A DNA stretch of 64,000 nucleotides from Squalus acanthias. Lineage: Eukaryota. The notes below the pieces were generated by a model that saw nothing but the letters and a program-made list of their open reading frames with translations, did no database searches and was not told the origin of the DNA. This document shows, piece by piece, positions 25,335-37,797 of this stretch. The translations under genes and the position numbers were made by a program. Within the stretch, counting starts at the first letter, position 1. The number at the start of each line of letters is the position of its first letter. The stretch is taken from contig CM059425.1 of the NCBI GenBank assembly GCA_030390025.1, positions 177,260,001 to 177,324,000 of the forward strand, read 5' to 3'.

Positions 25335-27870
25335 TAGAATCATAGAATGATACAGCACAGAAGGAGGGATTTGGCCCATCGTGCCTGTGCCAGCTCTTTG
25401 GTAGAGCTATCCAATTAATCCCACTCCCAGCCCTGTAATATTTTTCCCTTTCAAGTATATATCCAATTCTCTTTTAAATGCTACTATCGAATTTGCTTCC
25501 ACCACCCTTGCAGGCAGTACATTCCAGATCACAATAACCCGCTGTGCAAAGAAATGTTTCCTCATGTCGCCTCTGGTTCTTTTGCTAATCACCTTAAATC
25601 TGTGTCCTCTAGTTACTGACCATTCTGCCAATGGAAACAGTTTCTCCTTACTTACTCTATCTAAACCCGTCATGACTTTGAACACCTCTATCAAATCTAA
25701 TCTTAAGCTTCTCTGTTCTAAGGAAAACAACCCCAGCTTCTCCAGTCCCTCATCCCTGGTACCATTCTGTGGAAAACTGCCCAGGTATGTCCTGTCCACA
25801 AAAAGTAGGACCAGTCCAACCTGGCCAATTACCACCCCATCAGTCTACTCTCAATCATCAGCAAAGTGATGGAAGGTGTCATCGACAGTGCTATCAAGCG
25901 GCACTTACTCATCAATAATCTGCTCACTGATGCCCAGTTTGGGTTCCGCCAAGACCACTCGGCTCCCGACCTCATTACAGCCTTGGTCCAAACATGGACA
26001 AAGGAGCTGAATTCCAGATGTGAGGTGAGAGTGACTGCCCTTGACATCAAGGCAACATTTGACCGAGTGTGGCATCAAGGAGCCCTAGTAAAACTGAAGT
26101 CAATGGGAATCGGGGAGGGAAAACGCTCCACTGGGTGGAGTCAAACCTAGCACAAAGGAAGATGGTTGTGGTGTTTGAAGGTCAATCATCACAGCCCGAG
26201 GACATCGCTGCAGGAGTTACTCAGGGCAGTGTCCTAGGCCCAACCATCTTCAGCTGCTTCATCAATGACCTTCCCTCCAACATAAGGTCAGAAATGGGGA
26301 GTTTCGCTGATGACTGCACAGTGTTCAGCACCATTCACAACTCCTCAGATAATGAAGCAGTCCATGCCCACATGCAATAAGACCTGGAGGACATTTACGC
26401 TTGGGCTTATAAGTGGCAGGTAACATTCGCGCCACAGAAGTGCCAGGCAATGATCATCTCCAACAAGTGAGAGTCTAACCACCTCCCCATGACATTCAAT
26501 GGCATTACCATCGCCGAATTCCCCACCATCAACATCCTGGGGGTCACCATTGACCAGAAACTTAACTGGACCAGCCACATAAATAATGTGGCAACAAGAG
26601 CTAGGTATTCTGCGGCGAGTGTCTCACCTCCTGACTCCCCAAAGCTTTTCCACCATCTACAAGGCACAAGTAACGAGTGTGATGGAATACTCTCCACTTG
26701 CCTGGATGAGTGCAGCTCCAACAACACTCACGAAGCTCGACACCATCCAAGACAAAGCAGCCCGCTTGATTGGCACCCCATCCACCACCTTAAACATTCA
26801 CTTTCTCCACCACTGGCGTACCGTGGCTGCAGTGTGTACCACATACAAGATGCACTGCAGCAACTTGCCAAGGCTTCTTTGGCAGCACTTCCCAAACCCG
26901 CGACTTCTACCACCTAGAAGGACAAGCGTACGGGAACACCATAACCTCCAAGTTCCCCTCCAAGTCACACACGATCCTAACTTAGAAGTATATCGCTGAT
27001 CCTTCATCGTCGCCGGGTCAAAATCCTGGAACTCCCTACCTAACAGCACTGTGGGAGTACCTTCACCACACGGACTGCAGCGGTTCAAGAAGGCGGCTCA
27101 CCACCACCTTCTCAAGGGCAATTAGGGATGGGCAATAAATGCTGGCCTAGCCAGCGACGCCCACATCCCATGAACGAATAAAAATAATCTCTTCTGCACC
27201 CTCTCCAAGGCCTTGACGTCCTTCCTAAAGTGTGGTGCCCAGAATTGAGCATAATACTCCAGCTGAGGCCTAACCAATGTTTTATAAAGGTTTAGCATAA
27301 CTTCCTTGCTTATGTACTCTATTCCTCTATTAATAAAGCCAAGAATCCCATATGCTTTTTTAACAACTTTCTCAACTTGTGCTGCCACCTTCAAGGATTT
27401 ATGTACATACACCCCCAGGTCTTTCACACCCTTTAAAATTGTGTTATTTAGTTCATATTGCCTTTCCCCATTCTTCCTACCAAAATGTATCACTTCACAC
27501 TTCTCTGCATTAAATTTCATCTATCATGTGTCTGCCCAATTCACCAGTCTGTCTATGTCCTCCTGAAGTCTGTTAGTATCCTCCTCATTGTTTACTACAT
27601 TTCCAAGTTTTATGTTATCTGCAAACTTTGAAATGATGCCCTGTATACCCAAGTCCAAGTCATTAATATATATCAAAAAGAGCAGCGGTCCTAATACCGA
27701 CCCCTGGGGAACACCACTGTATACCTACCTACTGTCTGAAAAACAACCGTTCACCACTACTCTCTGCTTTCTCTCCCTTAGCCTATTTTGTATCCATGCT
27801 GTCACTGTCTTTTTAATCCCATGGGCTTTAATTTTGCTAACAAGTCTATTATGTGGTAATTTGTCAAATG
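25335..27870 (-). mobile_element. CR1 LINE 3' part, interrupted by LINE-B
   Basis: (AGAATCAT) tail; LEKLGLFSLE and LVRPQLEY motifs, GVPQG region; pieces at 25335-25768 and 27185-27870. Confidence 0.88.
25769..27184 (+). mobile_element. LINE-B (second CR1-superclade family), 5'-truncated, frameshifted
   Basis: AQFGFRQDHSAPDL, ALDIKATFDRVWH, QGSVLGP, FADD; 3' end CTCAAGGGCAATTAGGGATGGGCAATAAATGCTGG..GAATAAAAA. Confidence 0.9.
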
Positions 27871-27872
27871 CC

Positions 27873-29090
27873 GTTTGCTGCCGCCCATGCCAAAGTGGTG
27901 CAGTCTACAGCCGGGCCTTCTAGGCCCAGAGCTGATCAAGGTCATCCTGCAAGGCCATTTGCAGTCTCTCCCACTGAAAGTCAGCAGCCTTCCACCAGCC
28001 ATGCTGCAGCCACTGGGGTAGCGCTGTGTAGGAGCACTGGAGTAGGAAAAATAACATGAAAGACAGACACTAAGGGAATGCACAAGGGTGATTAGTTGAT
28101 GTTGTTGTGTAGTTTGTCATTGATTAATTTTAAAATGATGTTTGAAATGTTTGTTTTGTGCCCAAGAGAACACTATGATGTTTCGTGACAGAGGAATGGT
28201 AAGGTGGGGAAGTGGGGAGCAACGGGGATCTGGGGTTTCATTCAGGGGAACCGGATTCTGATGAGGCACTCACGAACAGCCCGTCCGGAATGGGGATCTG
28301 CTTCCTGCCTCATCCCTTCCTTCTCCTCCTCTTCCTCCTTCTCCTCTTCCTCTTCTTGTTCCTCCTCCTCCTCCTCCTGATGTGGTCGCAAAACCCGTGG
28401 TGGCAAGGGCTGCACCCTCATGATGGCCAAGTTGTGAAGGATGCAGCAGACCACCACAAAATGGGACACCTGCTCCGGCGTGTACTGGAGGGCTCCTCCC
28501 GAGTGGTCAAGACAGCGGAACCATTGCTTCAGCACCACAATAGTCTGCTCGATGAAGTTCCTTGTGCCAGCATGGCTGTCATTATATATGAGGTTGCGGA
28601 GGGGAGTCATCAGCCGGGTGGAGAGTGGATAGCCATTATCTCCGAGCAGCCACCCTCGGGTTTGACGGGGATGACTGCGGCCAGGATACCAGGCATTCAT
28701 CATTATGATGCACTGGGCATGGTTGCACAACAATTGCACATTAAGTGAGCAGTAGCCTTTGTGGTTACGGAACATCCCAGGATTGATATGCGGCACCCGC
28801 AAAGCCACCATGTGTGCAGTCGATGGCGCCCTGCGCCATGAGGAAGCCCAATATCCTGGAAAAGCCACATGCACACTCCTCCTGCTTCTCTATGTTCAGA
28901 GTGAAGACAATGAAGTCCCTTCTCTTGGAGTATAGAGCCTCTGTGACCTCCCGGATGCAGCAATAGATGGTGAACTGGGAGATGTTAGCTATGTCTCCTG
29001 CTCCAGACTGGAAGGATCCAGTGGCGAAAAAATTGAGGGCTACGGTGACCTTGAGGGCCACTAGGAGAGCTGTGGTCGCCCTGCTCTGAG
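27873..29090. mobile_element. Internal Harbinger fragment: Myb gene 3' end (+) and transposase (-, 28242-29090)
   Basis: ALKVTVALNFFATGSFQ, GAIDCTH, LLGDNGYP, IEQTIVVLKQWFRCL, CCILHN, poly-Glu tail; frameshifted; no termini, fused to CR1 on both sides. Confidence 0.9.
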
Positions 29091-32000
29091 GCCTAGTCGA
29101 CCCAATCTCTCCTCATACAACAGTCCTACCATCCCAGGAATCAGCCTGGTGAACCTTCGCTGCACTCCCTCTATGGCAAGTATATCCTTTCTTGGGTAAG
29201 GAGACCTAAACTGCACACAGTACTCCAGGTGTGGTCTCACCAAGGCCCTGTACAACTATAGTAAGACATCCTTGCTCCTGTACTCAAATCCCCTTGCAAT
29301 GAAGGCCAACATACCATTTGCCTTCCTAACTGCTTGCTGCACCTGCATGTTTGCTTTCAGTGACTGGTGTACAAGGACACCCAGGTCCCTTTGTACATCA
29401 GCATTTCCCAATCTATCACCATTTAAATAATACTCTGCCTTTCTGTTTTTCCAACCGAAGTGGATAACTTTACATTTATCCACGTATACTGCATCTGCCA
29501 TGTATTTGCCCACTCACTCAACTTGTCTAAATCGCCTTGAAGCCTCATTGCATCCTCCTCACAACTCACAATCCCACCTAGTTTTGTGTCATCAGCAAAC
29601 TTGGAAATATTACATTTGGTTCCCTCATCCAAATCATTGATATTTTGGAAGATGACAACCAATGCATCCACTATTTCCATGGCTATCTCTTTTAGTACTC
29701 TGGGATGCAGATTATCAGGCCCTGGGGATTTAACAGCTTTCAGTCCCATTAATTTCTCCAGCACTATTTTTTTACTGATACTAATTTCCTTTAATTCCTC
29801 CTTCTCACTAGACCCTTGGTTCCCTAGCATTTCTGCGATTTAATTTGTGTACTCTTCCGTGAAGATAGAACCAAAGTATTTGTTTAATTGCTCTGCCATT
29901 TCCTTGTTCCCCATTATAAATTCTCCCATTTCTGACTGTAAGGGACCTACATTTGTCTTTACTAATCTTTTTCTTTTTACATACTTGTAGAAGCTTTTAT
30001 AATCTGCTTTTATGTTCCTTGCAAGTTTACTCTCATACTCTATTTTTCCCCTCTTAATCAATCTCTTGGTCCTTTTTTGCTAAACTCTAAACTGCTCCCA
30101 ATCCTTAGGCTTGCTACTTTTTCTGGCAAATTTATATGACTCCTCTTTGGATACAATACTATCCTTAATTTCTTTTGTTAGCCATGGTTGGGCTGCTTTT
30201 CCTTTTGTGTTTTTGCGCCAGAAAATAATGTATAACTGTCACAATTCATGCATTCATTCCTTAAATGTTAGCCATTGCCTATCCACCATCATGCCTTTTA
30301 ATGAAGCTCCCCAATCTATCATAGCCAACTCACTCCTCATACCTTCGTAGTTTTCTTTGTTTAGATTTAGGATCTTAGTTTCGGATTGGACTTCTTCATT
30401 TTCCATCTTAATGAAGAATTCTATCATGTTATGGTCACTCTTCCCTAAAGGACCCCGCACAACAAGATTATTAATTAACCCCTTCTCATTGCACAATACC
30501 CAATCTAGGATAGCCTGTTCCCTAGTTGGCTCCTCAACGTACTGGTCTAAAATACCATCTCGTACACACTCCAGGAATTCATCCTCCACAGTATTATTGC
30601 TAATTTGGTTTGGCCAGTCTATATGTAGATTAAAGTCACCCATGATTACTGTAGTATCCTTGTTACATGTATCTCTAATTTCCTGTTTGATGCCGTCCCC
30701 TACATTACCACATCTGTTTGGAGGCCTATAGACAACTCCCACCAATGTTTTCTGCCCCTTGGTGCTTCTTAGCTCCACCCAGATTGATTCTACATCTTGA
30801 TTTTCTGAGCCAATATCCTTTGTCACTATTGGTCTGATTTCACCCTTTACGAACAACACCACCCCACCTCCTTTTCCTTTTTGCCTGTCCTTCCTAAATA
30901 TCACATATCCTTGGATATTCAGCTCCCAGTCTTGGTCACCCTGCAGCCATGTCTCTGTACTCGCAATTATATTGCATTCGTTTACAACTATTTGCACTGT
31001 TAATTCATCTACCTTAATATGAATGCTTCGTGCATTCAGATACAGTGCCTTTAGATTTGTCTTTTTAACATTTTTAGACATCTTAACATTTTTTGGTATT
31101 ATGGCCATATTTGTCTTATTACCATTTTTTCTTACCCGGACCCTATTTGTTAGTGCACTCTTTTGTTTGTACGCTCTGTCCCTTCCTGACACAATCTGGT
31201 TATCCTTACCCCAATCACTTTCCTGCACTGCTTCCTTGTCTTTTCTCTTTAGCATTCTAGATTTGTCTCCACTGGGACCCTTCCCCCCCCCCTTATTTAG
31301 TTTAAAGCCCTATCTACCTCCCTAGTTATTTGATTCACTAGAACTCTGGTCCCAGCATGGTTCAGGTGTAGTCCGTCCCAACGGAACAGCTCTCTCTTTC
31401 CCCAGCACTGGTGCCAGTGCCCCACGAATCGAAACCCACTTCTCCCACACCAATCTTTGAACCACGCATTCTTCTCCCTGATCCTATTGACTCTATGCCA
31501 ATTTGCTCGTGGCTCCGGTAATAATCCAGAGATTATGACCTTTGTGGTTCTGCTTTTTAATTTAATCCCTAGCTGCTCGAATTCCCTTAGCAGAACCTCT
31601 TTCTTTGTCCTACCTATGTCGTTGGTACCTACGTGGACCACGACAACTGGATCCTCCCCCTCCCACTCCAAGTTTTTCTCCAGCCCAGAGGAGATGTCCT
31701 TTACCCTGGCACCAGGTAGGCAACATAGCCTTCGGGACTCACACTCCTGGCTGCAGAGAATAGTGTCTATCCCCCTAACTATACTGTCGCCTACTACAAC
31801 CACCTTCCATTTTACTCCCCCCACTTGAACGGCTTCCTGTACCATGGTGCCGTGGTCAGTTTGCTCGTCCTCCCCGCAGTCCCCGCACTTGTCCACAAGG
31901 GTTGCAAGAACCTCGAATCTATTGGACAAGTGCAGGGACTGAGGCGCCTGCAATACTACCTCCTGGATCCCCATACCTGCCTCACTCGTAGTCACACCCT

Positions 32001-32965
32001 CCTGTCCCTGACCACGTGTCAATTCTAAAGTATTTAATCTAAGGGGTGTGGCTGCCTCCCGGAGCAAAAGGTCCAGGTAACTTTCTCCCTCCCTGATGTC
32101 TTGCAATGTCTGCAGTTCGGACTCCAGCTCCTCAACTCGGAGCCGAAGTACCTCGAGCCGCAGACACTTACCGCAGATGTAGTCGCCCTGGAGAAAAATG
32201 TCCACAAGCTCCCATATATTGCAGCAGCAACACATCTCCTGTTCTCCCATTATTTTGTTTATTTAATTAATTAGTTTAGTGTTAATCAAATTATTTATCT
32301 CATTTCGTTTATTAAATTAATTAAATAAAGTTTAGTTTTTTTAATTTAGTTATATGTTATATGTTAACTTAAAACTCAGCCCACAGTCACTACCAATCAC
32401 TTACCTGCCTTACCTGTGACGTCACACTGCCATTTTCTCTTGTTCATGCAGGTCTGCTGTTGCTTTTATCCCTGCTCTCGGGCCTCGGTCTGCTCCCGCT
32501 CAGGTCCGCCACCGCTCTGTGGGAGAAGTTAGGAAAAGCAAGCACCTCCTTCCTCCACTTCACCGAACTCCCACACTTACCAAACTCCCAGTTGTTCACT
32601 CTGTGCTCGCTGCACTCACAGGCCCCCGTGTTTATACTGTTTGTGACTCAGATGAGTCAGCACTGCTCTGCTACTGTTTCAGGAACCAGTTTAATCCAGT
32701 TAGCTAATTAACTTACTGTAGCAGTTCTCCAGCAGGAGAGCTTGCTTGTTTGTCTCTGCTTAAGCCTAAAGAAACTTAAAAATTTAAAGTTTAAATTTTA
32801 ACTTAAACTGTTGATCTTACTTAAGAGCTACTAGCAATTAACACTAGATTTTAAAAGAGACTAACCCTTAAAACTCCCACACTTACCAAACTCCCAGTTG
32901 TTCACTCTGTGCTCACTGCCCTCAGTGTGATCTGCACTCACAGGCCCCTGTGTTTATACTGTTTG
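29090..32965 (-). mobile_element. CR1 LINE with 5' UTR, ORF1 and internally deleted ORF2
   Basis: ORF1 31297-32250; APE ORF 30254-31255; RT core deleted at about 29640 (ALVVIFQN joined directly to INDLDEG); 3' end lost. Confidence 0.9.
31297..32250 (-). CDS. CR1 ORF1p: zinc finger/leucine zipper + SGNH esterase, intact 317 aa
   Basis: CxxC..CGKC followed by a Leu heptad (LRLRVEELESEL), then VVGDSIVRG, VHVGTND and DGLHLN. Confidence 0.9.
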   Translation of the reverse strand: MGEQEMCCCCNIWELVDIFLQGDYICGKCLRLEVLRLRVEELESELQTLQDIREGESYLDLLLREAATPLRLNTLELTRGQGQEGVTTSEAGMGIQEVVLQAPQSLHLSNRFEVLATLVDKCGDCGEDEQTDHGTMVQEAVQVGGVKWKVVVVGDSIVRGIDTILCSQECESRRLCCLPGARVKDISSGLEKNLEWEGEDPVVVVHVGTNDIGRTKKEVLLREFEQLGIKLKSRTTKVIISGLLPEPRANWHRVNRIREKNAWFKDWCGRSGFRFVGHWHQCWGKRELFRWDGLHLNHAGTRVLVNQITREVDRALN

Positions 32966-32966
32966 T
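32566..32966. repeat. Direct duplication (about 80 bp) in the CR1 5' UTR
   Basis: AACTCCCACACTTACCAAACTCCCAGTTGTTCACTCTGTGCTC..CACTCACAGGCCCC..TTTATACTGTTTGTG at about 32566 and about 32872. Confidence 0.85.
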
Positions 32967-34033
32967 GTAAGTCATGTGGGTGTGACCATGGCCTCGGGCT
33001 ACTGCTCTGCTGGAGCCTGACAGCTCTAACAGTTTAGTACTTCAACTGCCTTTCCTAATATCACTCCAACCACCTGTCTTTGGCTTTCTACACCTCTCCG
33101 ACCAAGAACAACACAAATTTCAAGAAAAAGATCTTACCCTTCTCTCGTACATTCTGTAGCCCCAGTCTGATCACTGTTGTTAGTGTTTTTTAGCCCTTAG
33201 CCAGCTTTTTGCTCATGTCTCTTTTGAAAATTCATTCTAACTATATTCCCATCTCTTTTTGAGCAGTATTACTGTCCTTGAGGTTCAAATTATTCTGTGT
33301 GCTATTTTTACTTCACTGGTTAATTATATCAGACAGATTTGTTAAAATAGTGCACACAGGAATGAAACAGTGCACTCAAAATAGCACATGCAGGAGCCTC
33401 AGCCTCTTTTATCTTTCCAATGTCTTTTCTATATCATTCAACACTTTTCATCTCTTCCAGCGTTATGGACAACTAAACCCATTAGCTGCTTCTTTTGAAT
33501 ATTATTGTACAAATCTGTTTCCTTGACCTTCACCTGTTTCTCACTCCTACTCTCTTCCTTTTGTTCAATCCTGTAAAGGCACTGGGGCTGAAATTCTGCG
33601 ATTCCGCTCTGCCACCATAACTGGGAATCATGCCCAGTTGGTGACCTGCTTTCCTAATCCCACTGGAGAATCTGGGGTCAGAGTGGGGTCAGGTAATTAA
33701 ACTAAATCAGGCAGGTTGCTGCACCAGTACGAGCGCATTTTGGGCAGCTGCTGGGGGAGGGGAAAGAATGAAGATGCAGAGTTGCATCGCCGCATATGGT
33801 CAAAGCCAGTACACGTGGCAAATTTCAGAAATTAATGCAGAGAAACCTGAACATGGGTATCTTGCTGGCATCTGGGTCAGTCAGTGCAAAGGAGGCGGCA
33901 ATTCTGATGGCTGATGCCATCCCACCGGCGCTACCTCCTTCCTGATGCCAGGCCATCATTGGGAAAGACTGAACTTCTGTCTGTCCCACCTCCTGTGGGA
34001 ATTCTGATGTGCTATTCTCCTAGGCCAAGACCC

Positions 34034-34231
34034 AGTGATAAATTTTCACTTTTACCGTTGGGCGGGTAATGGGAGGTAGCTGATCAGCCACCCGTTTTAC
34101 ACCCCCTCCACCTCCCCCCCCCCCCCCCCCCGCCATTTTAGTTTCCAGTGTTCGTTGGAAATGAAAATCGAACAGGGTGCAAAATGGGCGGCCGATCCAA
34201 TACTGCAGGAAGGTGAAGGTAAAAATTCACT
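34034..34231. mobile_element. Palindromic MITE-like element
   Basis: AGTGATAAATTTTCAC..CCGTTTTACACCC / GGGTGCAAAATGGG..GTAAAAATTCACT inverted segments. Confidence 0.45.
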
Positions 34232-34314
34232 CCCCTGGTGTTTCCACATCCCAAACAATCTCCCTCTCCTTTTACACTGGAATTGATGAAATTCATCACA
34301 GGCCAGTCATTCTT

Positions 34315-34400
34315 TTTCCAGTTCTGATGAAGAGTCTTCACCTGAAACATTAGTATTTTCTCTTTTGTGTATTTCTACCATTTTCTATTTTTCTCAGTAT
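34315..34400 (+). mobile_element. Degenerate Penelope-type 3' end with hammerhead relic
   Basis: CCAGTTCTGATGAAGAGTCTTCACCTGAAACATT aligns with the copy at 53895-53931. Confidence 0.6.
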
Positions 34401-34423
34401 ATTAACCTATTTCTCAGTACTTC

Positions 34424-34855
34424 ATAGAGTTATACAGCACAGAAGGGGGCCATTTATTTGTGCTGGCTCTTTGAAAGAGTTATGCAATTAGTCCCACTCC
34501 CTGCTCTTTCCCCAAAGCTTTGCAAAATTTTCCTTTTCAAGTATTTATCCAATTCCCTTTTGAAAGTTGCTGTTGAATCATCTTCCAACCACCCTTTCAG
34601 GCAGTGCATTCCAGATCATAACTCGCTGCATAAATAACAATCTGCTCATCTCCCCTTTGATTCTTTTGCCAATTATTTTAAATCTGTGTCCTTTGGTTAC
34701 CAACTCATACTCCTCACAATATTGACTACCGCTACTAAATCTCCCCTTAACCTTCTCTGCTCTCAGAAGAACAGTCCCAGCTTCTCTAGTCTCGCCACAT
34801 AACCGAAGTCTCTCATCCATCGTATCATTCTGGTAAATCTTCTCGGCACCCTCTA
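34424..34855 (-). mobile_element. CR1 3' fragment
   Basis: CATAGAGTTATACAGCACAG tail; TKGHRFK..QRV..WNALP. Confidence 0.8.
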
Positions 34856-34893
34856 AACATAATTAGAGGCTCATTTTTTCATTTCAAATTCAG

Positions 34894-35015
34894 TGGTACT
34901 TGTGGAGCCAGAAGCTGACATTATCACTGCTGTGACATTATTATCTTTTCAGGGTGCCTTTCCCATCAGACACCACTTAAACTGTATCCTCAGGGGGCAG
35001 GACTCCAACCGTGTG
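34894..35015 (+). other. Candidate exon (VLVEPEADIITAVTLLSFQGAFPIRHHLNCILRGQDSNRV)
   Basis: TTTTTTCATTTCAAATTCAG acceptor, GTG|GTAACA donor, open frame, ends in phase 0. Confidence 0.4.
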
Positions 35016-35188
35016 GTAACATGGCAAACAATGAGGCTAATTAAAAGACTTAATAAATATATACATATATATATATTATTCGGTCCCATATACAGTCAGT
35101 CAAACAATCCAGCATGTTAGTACTGGTGTCAGCCAAGCTGAGGCCATTCAGGAATATTTTCCTCCATTTGTGCTGTCTGTGCCTCTTT

Positions 35189-35755
35189 AAGAACATAAGA
35201 ACATAAGAAATAGGAGCAGGAGTAGGCCATTCGGCCCTTCGAGCCTGCTCTGCCTTTCAATGAGATCATGGCTGATCTTCTGCCTCAACTCCATTCACCG
35301 GCCCTATCGCCATATCCCTTGATGCCTTTACTAGTCAGAAATCTATCGACTTCTGTTTTGAATATACCCAATGACTGAGCCTCCACAGCCCTCTGGGGTA
35401 GAGAATTTCAAAGATTCACCACCCTCTGTGTGAAGAAATTTCTTCTCATCTCAGTCCTGAATGGCCTACCCTTTATCCTGAGGCTGTGGCCCCTGGTTCT
35501 AGACTCCCCAGCCAAGGGAAACATTCTCCCAGCATCCACACTATCAAGCCCTGTAATAATTTTGTATGCTTCAATGAGATCCCCTCTCATTCTTCTGAAT
35601 TCAAGAGAATACAGGCCTAGTTTACTCAATCTCTTCTCATACGACAGTCCCACCATCCCAGGAATCAATCTCGTGAACCTTCGTTGCACTCTCTCTATGG
35701 CAAGAATATCCTTCCTTAGGTAAGGAGACCAAAATTGTACACAGTACTCCAGGTA
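35189..35755 (-). mobile_element. CR1 3' fragment, same subfamily as 10196-11815
   Basis: (CATAAGAA)n tail; nearly identical by eye to 10205-10765. Confidence 0.9.
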
Positions 35756-36669
35756 GAGACAGCATTGTTTGATTTCAGCGCACTCTCAGTTGTTTATAAA
35801 ATAGTCTGGACTAAGAGAAAATTAGTGACTATGGGTTTGGGAATCAGATTAAGATGGTTTCATTATAATGGGTGTGAGTCCTAGCTGGCACTCCTATAAG
35901 CCAGATATAATAGTGAAGAACTGTTCTTGTTATGAGCCAGACCATTAGATGGAATGTCTCACAGGACTGAACATCAGGCCTCTAGTTAAAAAATGTTTGA
36001 TGCAGGCAGCAAAGGCTTGAGCCTTTGAGCTTACTTGAGCCATGGATCAGTGAGCAGGAGCACGTGAGGAAGGAAAAGAAAAAACAGAATAAGAAAGGTG
36101 CCTCGCCCAATGGCTCAGCAAGTTTATCCAGTGAGTATCTGGGCCACACAGAGAAAAAGAGCCGCAGGTTAAATCCTCAGTCTGTGCTGAGTTCATTTAT
36201 TTCTGCCTGTTTGGCAGTAGGGGCTCTACAATTAGTATCAGCTGGCTCAAGAAGTTTCTGGTGGTATGTAGACCCTCTGTTAACCCATGACTGTGGTAGT
36301 TAAACACTAAAGAGGAGGCTGTTATTCTATTATATCCATGGCATATATCCCACTAAAAAATTCAGAAATTTTCATGTAAGTGGTGCAATCCATCCAGTGC
36401 ACATTCTCCTTCTATTTATACCTTTTTGCCCGGGGCACAACACATAAGGCAGGAATTCCCAATTATATTTAAATCAGATCCACTTACCTCGTTGACTAAC
36501 CTTACCAAGGCCTGGACAGCATACTGTATTCTATTACTCTCTCTCTGCTTCTCCCTGAATCTCAAGTTGTGAAAGGCCAATGAAGGGAGAAAGGCCAGAA
36601 GAATATGGAGTTTAGCCTTAGAGGTAGTTCAAACTTGAGATGCATTTAGACAGATTTTTTTCTCCCCAG

Positions 36670-37127
36670 AATTAATATTTGTGTGAAGCGAGTAAGAGAA
36701 ACTTGCTTCTTGCACAGGTTTTGTGTGAGTGTGAGTTCAGGCTAACACTATCTACATTTTTAAATGAAGACACAAAGGGATGGCAGTGCAGGGACCCCTC
36801 ATGATGCATGTGGAGTGCAATATGTATGCCATCATGGATCCTCAGTGGATCCAGGGGCAGCATATTTAAGTCTTCAGTGCAGAGGATCTCTGTGCTCGAG
36901 CAGCCATTATCCACACTGTGCAGTAGCAGAGAGGATGAGGGTGTTCTGGATTGCAGTTTCCAGAATATGGTTATCAAGAGGCAGTGCTAGATAGATCAGG
37001 ACATGGGGATATTTTAGAAAGAGAGAAGTGGATGAGCCTCAGAAGTGGCAGCAATGGGAGACAGGACTCACAGATGTAGGGAACCGCTGTGTTATTGGAA
37101 CTAACCAATAGATACTTAATAAACAGG
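36670..37127 (+). pseudogene. Candidate decayed long exon (N*YLCEASKRNLLLAQVLCECEFRLTLSTFLNED..)
   Basis: TTTTTTTCTCCCCAG acceptor; phase-0 frame mostly open for about 105 codons with scattered stops; 3' boundary uncertain. Confidence 0.3.
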
Positions 37128-37797
37128 TTGGCAGATCAGCAGTGAGAAATCTTCAAATGTAAGATGCATGGAGTACAAAATAAATATATTCCTACAAGGT
37201 GTATAGGAGGTCCATCAAAGTATGGAGTTCAGTGGATAAATAGAGACATTGGGCTGAATATTTACTGGGGCGGGTTGCGTAGGTGAGGAGGGCGGAGTTT
37301 CGGACGGGAAACCCGGAAGTTTGGATTTCCCCACACGCTGTGGAGATTTAACAGAGAGAAGCAGGAGGAGAGCGCCTGTGGCTTTGCCCAGATAGCGGGC
37401 TTCAACGTAGTGCAAGGCACCATTAACTGCACACACGTTGCTTTGCGGGCGCCGCATAACAATCCTGAGATCTTCTGTAACCGTAAAGGCTACCACTCAC
37501 TTGATGTGCAGTTGTTGCGAGACCAGACCCAGCGCATCCTGATGGTCAATGCCCACTATCCTGGCAGCAGTCATGATGCCTTCATCCTGCGCCAGTCCAG
37601 TGTGCCAGCAATCTTCCAGCCACTACGTCAAACCCGAGGGTGGCTGCTAGGAGACAAGGGCGATCCGCTCTACACTCTGCTCCTGGCTGATGACTCCCCT
37701 CCTCAACCCCACCACTCCTGCCCAGCACTCATATAATGAGAGCCATGCTGCCACCAGGAACATCATCGAGCAGATGGTGTTCCTGATGGCAGCATGG

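Noticed and set aside
37251..37345. True left TIR of the Harbinger ending at 43894
   Set aside because: Poor match to the right terminus, no TSD, and a direct jump into mid-transposase; more likely another element's end fused by deletion.
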